A DNA stretch of 41,817 nucleotides from Flavobacteriales bacterium. GTDB lineage: Bacteria > Bacteroidota > Bacteroidia > Flavobacteriales_D > Crocinitomicaceae. Under the pieces are notes generated by a model. It saw nothing but the letters and a program-made list of their open reading frames with translations, had not been told where the DNA came from and searched no databases. Where the stretch lies: assembly GCA_038234235.1 (NCBI GenBank), contig JBBSUQ010000001.1:1-41817 (forward strand), in the 5' to 3' direction. Made by a program: the position numbers and the translations under genes. This document shows positions 37,487-41,817 of this stretch, piece after piece. Numbering within the stretch: position 1 is the stretch's first letter; every line of letters starts with the position of its first letter.

Positions 37487-37606
37487 TTAAGGAGGATGGA
37501 AAATTTTAGATCAAGTCACACATTTTTGACCCTTGACCCGTCCTAAAAAAGTTTACAGATTAATTTATCTCAGAATTTTAAATTCACTTACAACATAATA
37601 TTTTCC

Positions 37607-37614
37607 TATTTTTG
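37607..37614 (+). promoter_or_regulatory. Candidate -7 box (TATTTTTG) for the 37653 gene
   Basis: TAnnTTTG match about 39 nt upstream of the ATG. Confidence 0.4.
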
Positions 37615-37652
37615 AAAGCAAATTCTTAAAATCTAGATATAATCTTAACTCT

Positions 37653-40319
37653 ATGCTTGCCAAATCTATATTAATTTTTCTATTAATTTTTAATGGTTTT
37701 GATTTTTGCCAAGCTCAAATTGATGTTTCGAATTTTAATAATAAATTATTGGAACACGAAGTAAAAACACTTATCGATTCTACCAGAATTGCGCACAATT
37801 TACCGCCACTTTATAATGACTCAATTTTGTATGTAGCCGCAAACCATCATGCTCAATATTTGGTTAAAAAAGGTGAGTTGAGCCATGAAGAAATAGAATT
37901 TAAAGATTTTAAAACTCCCCAAGACAGAGCTAATTTTTATGGTGCACCGAAATCTTATTTGGTGGGAGAAAATATCGTTTTCACTCCTTATAATGCCTTG
38001 GTGGATGTTAAAGGCAAGATATTTAAAACAGATAGTTACAAGGAAATAGCCCGATGTTTAGTTTTTTCTTGGATAAAATCCAAAGGACATTTTCAAAACA
38101 TTATTACTCCCGATTATCAGATTACAGGTTTGGCAATTGAAGCAGATACGGTTCTAAAAAGAATTTATGCAGTTCAGAAATTTGCCATGGTTATATACAC
38201 TTTTACTTTCGAAGAAAATAAATCTTTCTTTCCATACACAGATATAAATCAAGACTCCATGAGTCTTTTGTTGGCAAACATACCGCAAGATTTGTCTTAT
38301 CCTTTTAAACTTCGCTACGATAAAAAAGAGAAATGCGAGGAATGTAGGGAAGATTGGGAACAATATCCCACGATGTCGGTGCGGGTAGCTAAAAATTATT
38401 TCATTCTCAGGGTGGAAGAATCTGATTTTGTTAAAAATCTTATTCAAAACAAATACGATGGATTCGCCATTGAGCTTGTACCATTTGATGCCTTTGCCTG
38501 CGGAAATCCGGCCTATGACAACGAAGCGAGTAGGAGGAATGGAAAAAAAAGAACTTCGGGCAGAATTTTAGAACCTGTATACCGAAACGATTTAATGAAG
38601 GGATTTAAGAAACGTAAAAAAAGAAAAGATATTAAGTTTGTTTCTTATTTATTGAAAGCAGATAGTGTGTCGTTTTTCAAGAGATTTGGAAGGTATAAAC
38701 TTGTAAATTTTGACTCAAAATATTTTGAAATTAAACTTGGAAAAGTTCCAAAAGACATGCAATCTTGGTGGAATCATAATTTGATGTATATCCACAACAA
38801 ACAAATCTGTCATTTTGTGTTTCTAACAAATTATCCTGGTGAGTTGACTACTGAAATGTTGGAAGTTCCTTATTATCCGCCAATTCCAGTAAATGATTAT
38901 GAATTTGAGCTTGAATATTTTAAAGACACAATGGAATTATTTTACGAGGCCGGTTCAACCGTTACTTCTAGCAAAGAATTGGATGCCATAATTGCCAAAT
39001 ACAGGGTGAAAAATCTTAGAATTACCGATATAAAAATTGATGGATTTTCTTCCGTAGAAGGCGATGCTGCTGGAAATGAGATACTGCATCAAAAACGCGC
39101 AGATAAAATTCTAGCAGATGTGAAATTACTTACCACTAATGCTACCGAAATAGAATTAAACTCTGAGGTGGCATGGGATCACTTTTATGCAAATGTGAAA
39201 GATAATTTTAAATGGAAGTTTTTATATTCCCTCAGTAAGTCAGAAATATCGGCATATTTGAATGATCCTAAAAATGAACGACCGTCAGAAATACTCAAGC
39301 AAGAACGAAAGGTTAAGATAGAAATTTTGGGTGTGAGAGATTTAAATCCACAAAATGCCAATTATTACGTGGTTAGGGATATAAATGCATTGTTCAAAAA
39401 AAACCAAAGGGGAAAATTAGAGTGTAAAAATGTGGAAACACTAGAGAAAATTTACGAAAAAGCATATTATTTTAGTACAGTGGATACCTTGACAAACAAA
39501 GAATTTCTAAATATTGAATTACCAAAAATAGAAAGTGGTTATCCGCATTCATTGGATCACGATGTGGCATTTTATCGTTATAATATTTTAAAAGACAGCG
39601 TAGACAATACTGAAAGATCAAAGCTAGAATCTAAGGTAGAAAGTGTTTTTGCAATGTGTGGCGCGGCAGAACATTTAAGTCCAGAATTTCATTATTTATC
39701 AGCCTGCCTTTTAGTGGAAAAAATTCGGAACAAAAAAGCTAAGTTAACTGTCGAGAGTCCAGAAATTGAAAAAGCATTTGACAGACTAAACCTGCTTTTA
39801 AATTGGTATGAATTAGATCCAGATTTTAAACTGAATGTTGCTAAAGCCAATTTAAACGTCATAAATATCTTATGCGAAAAAATTGATCCAGAATTACTTT
39901 TTGAATACAACGATATTGTAAGCCGTAGTTTGATACAAATTGTTGAATATTATAGAAATACGGATCAGCTCAATCCAAAAACGGTATTAGCCTTGGGCAA
40001 ACTAGCTTGTTATTTTAAAAACATTAGTTTAGCAATTGGTTTGTGTCAAGACTACCTGTATGACGACGAAGTATTAAAGCTCTATTTGCCGTTAGCTTAC
40101 ACACATTCGTCTTACTTGAGTAATTCGACCACTGTTGTATTCGAAATAGAATTTCATAAATTGTTAATGGAAGCCCGACAAAGACTTTCTCCGGAAGATT
40201 GGTGTAAACTTTTCTACGGAGAATTCGGAATTCCATTTCAAGTAATGGATAATAAGCCGCTGCATACAGAGTTTTGCGCAACTTGTCCGAATAGAGTGAA
40301 TGAAGTTTTGGCGGAGTGA
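37653..40319 (+). CDS. Large secreted protein (888 aa): N-terminal CAP/SCP (YkwD-like) domain, a central degenerate OmpA-C-like segment, and a C-terminal helical region
   Basis: Signal peptide MLAKSILIFLLIFNGFDFCQA/Q. CAP motifs: AHNLPPLYNDSILYVAANHHAQY, GENIV, WIKSKGHFQNI. OmpA-like segment: ITDIKIDGFSSVEGDAAGNEILHQKRADKILADV. Confidence 0.8.
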   Translation: MLAKSILIFLLIFNGFDFCQAQIDVSNFNNKLLEHEVKTLIDSTRIAHNLPPLYNDSILYVAANHHAQYLVKKGELSHEEIEFKDFKTPQDRANFYGAPKSYLVGENIVFTPYNALVDVKGKIFKTDSYKEIARCLVFSWIKSKGHFQNIITPDYQITGLAIEADTVLKRIYAVQKFAMVIYTFTFEENKSFFPYTDINQDSMSLLLANIPQDLSYPFKLRYDKKEKCEECREDWEQYPTMSVRVAKNYFILRVEESDFVKNLIQNKYDGFAIELVPFDAFACGNPAYDNEASRRNGKKRTSGRILEPVYRNDLMKGFKKRKKRKDIKFVSYLLKADSVSFFKRFGRYKLVNFDSKYFEIKLGKVPKDMQSWWNHNLMYIHNKQICHFVFLTNYPGELTTEMLEVPYYPPIPVNDYEFELEYFKDTMELFYEAGSTVTSSKELDAIIAKYRVKNLRITDIKIDGFSSVEGDAAGNEILHQKRADKILADVKLLTTNATEIELNSEVAWDHFYANVKDNFKWKFLYSLSKSEISAYLNDPKNERPSEILKQERKVKIEILGVRDLNPQNANYYVVRDINALFKKNQRGKLECKNVETLEKIYEKAYYFSTVDTLTNKEFLNIELPKIESGYPHSLDHDVAFYRYNILKDSVDNTERSKLESKVESVFAMCGAAEHLSPEFHYLSACLLVEKIRNKKAKLTVESPEIEKAFDRLNLLLNWYELDPDFKLNVAKANLNVINILCEKIDPELLFEYNDIVSRSLIQIVEYYRNTDQLNPKTVLALGKLACYFKNISLAIGLCQDYLYDDEVLKLYLPLAYTHSSYLSNSTTVVFEIEFHKLLMEARQRLSPEDWCKLFYGEFGIPFQVMDNKPLHTEFCATCPNRVNEVLAE

Positions 40320-40407
40320 TGGGAGTTTATTTTCTTTTGGCTTGATCCAAACGAAACAAAAGATAATGAACATATTTGAAATAACGTTTATCTCAATTAG
40401 AAAGTAA

Positions 40408-40436
40408 TTTACTGCGGTTAAAAATAAAGCAGTAAA
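40408..40436. terminator. Hairpin between the convergent genes ending at 40319 and 40441
   Basis: TTTACTGC-12 nt-GCAGTAAA, an 8-bp perfect stem. It is AT-rich and the flanking T-tracts are weak. Confidence 0.35.
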
Positions 40437-40440
40437 AAAT

Positions 40441-41154
40441 TCATAAACTTCTCAAATAAGCATCATTAACTTTTTGAAAATCAAGTTCATCAAAATTAAA
40501 TTCTTGGATACATTTTCTATCTAAGCAGTCATTGACAATCATTGGGTAATCTTTTACATGCAAAGATTTTACTTTTAGTTCGAGGCGAATGCCGTCATTA
40601 TTTTTATAAGTCCAAAGTGAAATATTTTTTTCTGTATCAATAAAATTTACGTTCAAATTACACACAAATTCATTCGCATCAATTAAAACACATTCAAATT
40701 CGGTTTCTGATATTCTTTTACAGTTTTGAATATATTGTATGCTATAATCTGATTGAATAGAATAAAAAGCAGAATCACATACAATAAGAGTTTGGTTTGC
40801 TATCCAATCTGAGGGCGAATAGACATACAATTTATTTTCAAAAATATACAAGGAACTCCAATTGCCTAAAAGTGGATTTTTGTGTATTTGTCTATATTCT
40901 GTTTCTTTTTGATTTGCAAAACCTTTTTCGAAATTCTCGTTATAGATTTCAACTAAAATTTCTTCATTAAATTGACTTGGGTTCAACCACTTATAATATT
41001 TTAATGAAGTATCTTTTGTAATATAAACACTTCCGAAATCAGTATTTTTAAGCACACTATCTCTTCTGGCTGCAAACTTGGATTCATCAATTTTTAACTG
41101 TGAAAAGACGCAGACTGAGAAAGAACAAAATAAATAAATTAAAAAAGTTTTCAC
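40441..41154 (-). CDS. Hypothetical secreted protein (237 aa)
   Basis: ATG start, signal peptide MKTFLIYLFCSFSVCVFSQ. Its start is 4 nt from the stop of the upstream reading frame. Confidence 0.65.
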   Translation of the reverse strand: MKTFLIYLFCSFSVCVFSQLKIDESKFAARRDSVLKNTDFGSVYITKDTSLKYYKWLNPSQFNEEILVEIYNENFEKGFANQKETEYRQIHKNPLLGNWSSLYIFENKLYVYSPSDWIANQTLIVCDSAFYSIQSDYSIQYIQNCKRISETEFECVLIDANEFVCNLNVNFIDTEKNISLWTYKNNDGIRLELKVKSLHVKDYPMIVNDCLDRKCIQEFNFDELDFQKVNDAYLRSL

Positions 41155-41158
41155 GTTA

Positions 41159-41817
41159 TCAATATATTAAAGTCGATTTAAAAGCTCTTGGCAAGTGATT
41201 AAATTTTTTCATTTCAAATTGATTCCAATCTTGCTCTAGTTTACGATTTACATTTGAGTCTTGAACCACATTTGCCTCTGTGACTTGGGAACGTAAATAT
41301 TCTAATAATATTCCACCTGTTACTTTTTGATGGAAATAAAGATTGTATTGAAACAAACTATCATTGTATACCAAATTTTCATCATGATTAACACCACATA
41401 TTATTATTCCCGAGATTGAAAGCGTATCATACCTATTGTCGCAGATGGCATTAATGAATGAATGAATTAATAAATAATTTATCGGTAGAATTTAGTTTAT
41501 CCATTTTTAATTCAGAATTGCGGTATATATTTTCATATAATCGTACATTAACGCTGTCATTTTTAAAAATTTCTATTTCAGACGTGCCCCATCTATCAAA
41601 TCCTTGCACTGCATAATATCTAAAATCTTTTGGTAAAATACTGGGATATTTCTTGAAATAAAATGTTTTTGGCAAAGTGGAGTGGCCTTTAATTTTTGAA
41701 AATTTGAATAATTCATTTTCCTTTGAGACCTTATAAGATGAATGATTGCCAGCATTATAAGTCCATGATTGATTAATATCTTTTAAACTGGATAGAAAGT
41801 TATCAAAAAAAACTATC
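41159..41817 (-). pseudogene. Hypothetical gene entering from the right edge, interrupted by a frameshift at a CATT tetranucleotide repeat (or two separate short ORFs)
   Basis: On the minus strand one frame is open from 41817 to the TAA at 41453-41451 (...DKLFINSFIH*). A second frame is open from 41491 to the stop at 41159 but has no ATG or GTG; the only start is a TTG at 41374. The two frames switch inside AATGAATGAATGAAT (41453-41467). Confidence 0.45.

Noticed and set aside
37351-37652. A glycine or other riboswitch in the kbl upstream region
   Set aside because: The candidate -7 box lies only about 20 nt from the ATG, leaving almost no leader. The GGAGG-rich palindrome does not match any riboswitch core I know.
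41573-41755. 60-aa minus-strand ORF
   Set aside because: It overlaps, in another frame, the longer open frame that runs in from the window edge, and its translation has no distinguishing features.
1-41817. Search for CRISPR arrays, tRNA/rRNA genes, IS elements, integrases or prophage genes
   Set aside because: I found no regularly spaced direct repeats and no cloverleaf-like GC-rich segments in any intergenic gap. I saw no transposase or integrase motifs in any ORF and no long terminal inverted repeats.

Overview
This is an AT-rich chromosomal segment that looks like Bacteroidota, probably a Flavobacteriia-like organism. Support for that: three secreted proteins with T9SS-type sorting features, TAnnTTTG-type -7 boxes, no obvious Shine-Dalgarno use, and a beta-propeller LytS-type sensor. 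I can support about 32 protein genes. From left to right: a T9SS cargo cluster; a small orphan islet holding a HEPN-like two-gene cassette; a GT39-like glycosyltransferase, hemJ and a SulP permease; a split B12-dependent methionine synthase behind a clear SAM-I riboswitch; dgkA; an orphan receiver domain; purE; a large helical protein of unknown function; a propeller histidine kinase with a LytTR regulator next to a T9SS-secreted M4 metalloprotease; an alpha/beta hydrolase; pepP; three orphan genes, one of them a CTP-synthase-type amidotransferase homologue that has lost all three catalytic residues; rnhA; a TetR-TolC-MFP-RND efflux operon; kbl; an 888-aa CAP-domain protein; and an orphan operon at the right edge that is interrupted at a tetranucleotide repeat. 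I saw no rRNA, tRNA, CRISPR array, transposase or integrase. No obvious large novel system is present. The most system-like candidate is the HEPN-like pair at 4658-5634. All domain calls come from reading motifs by eye, not from database searches.
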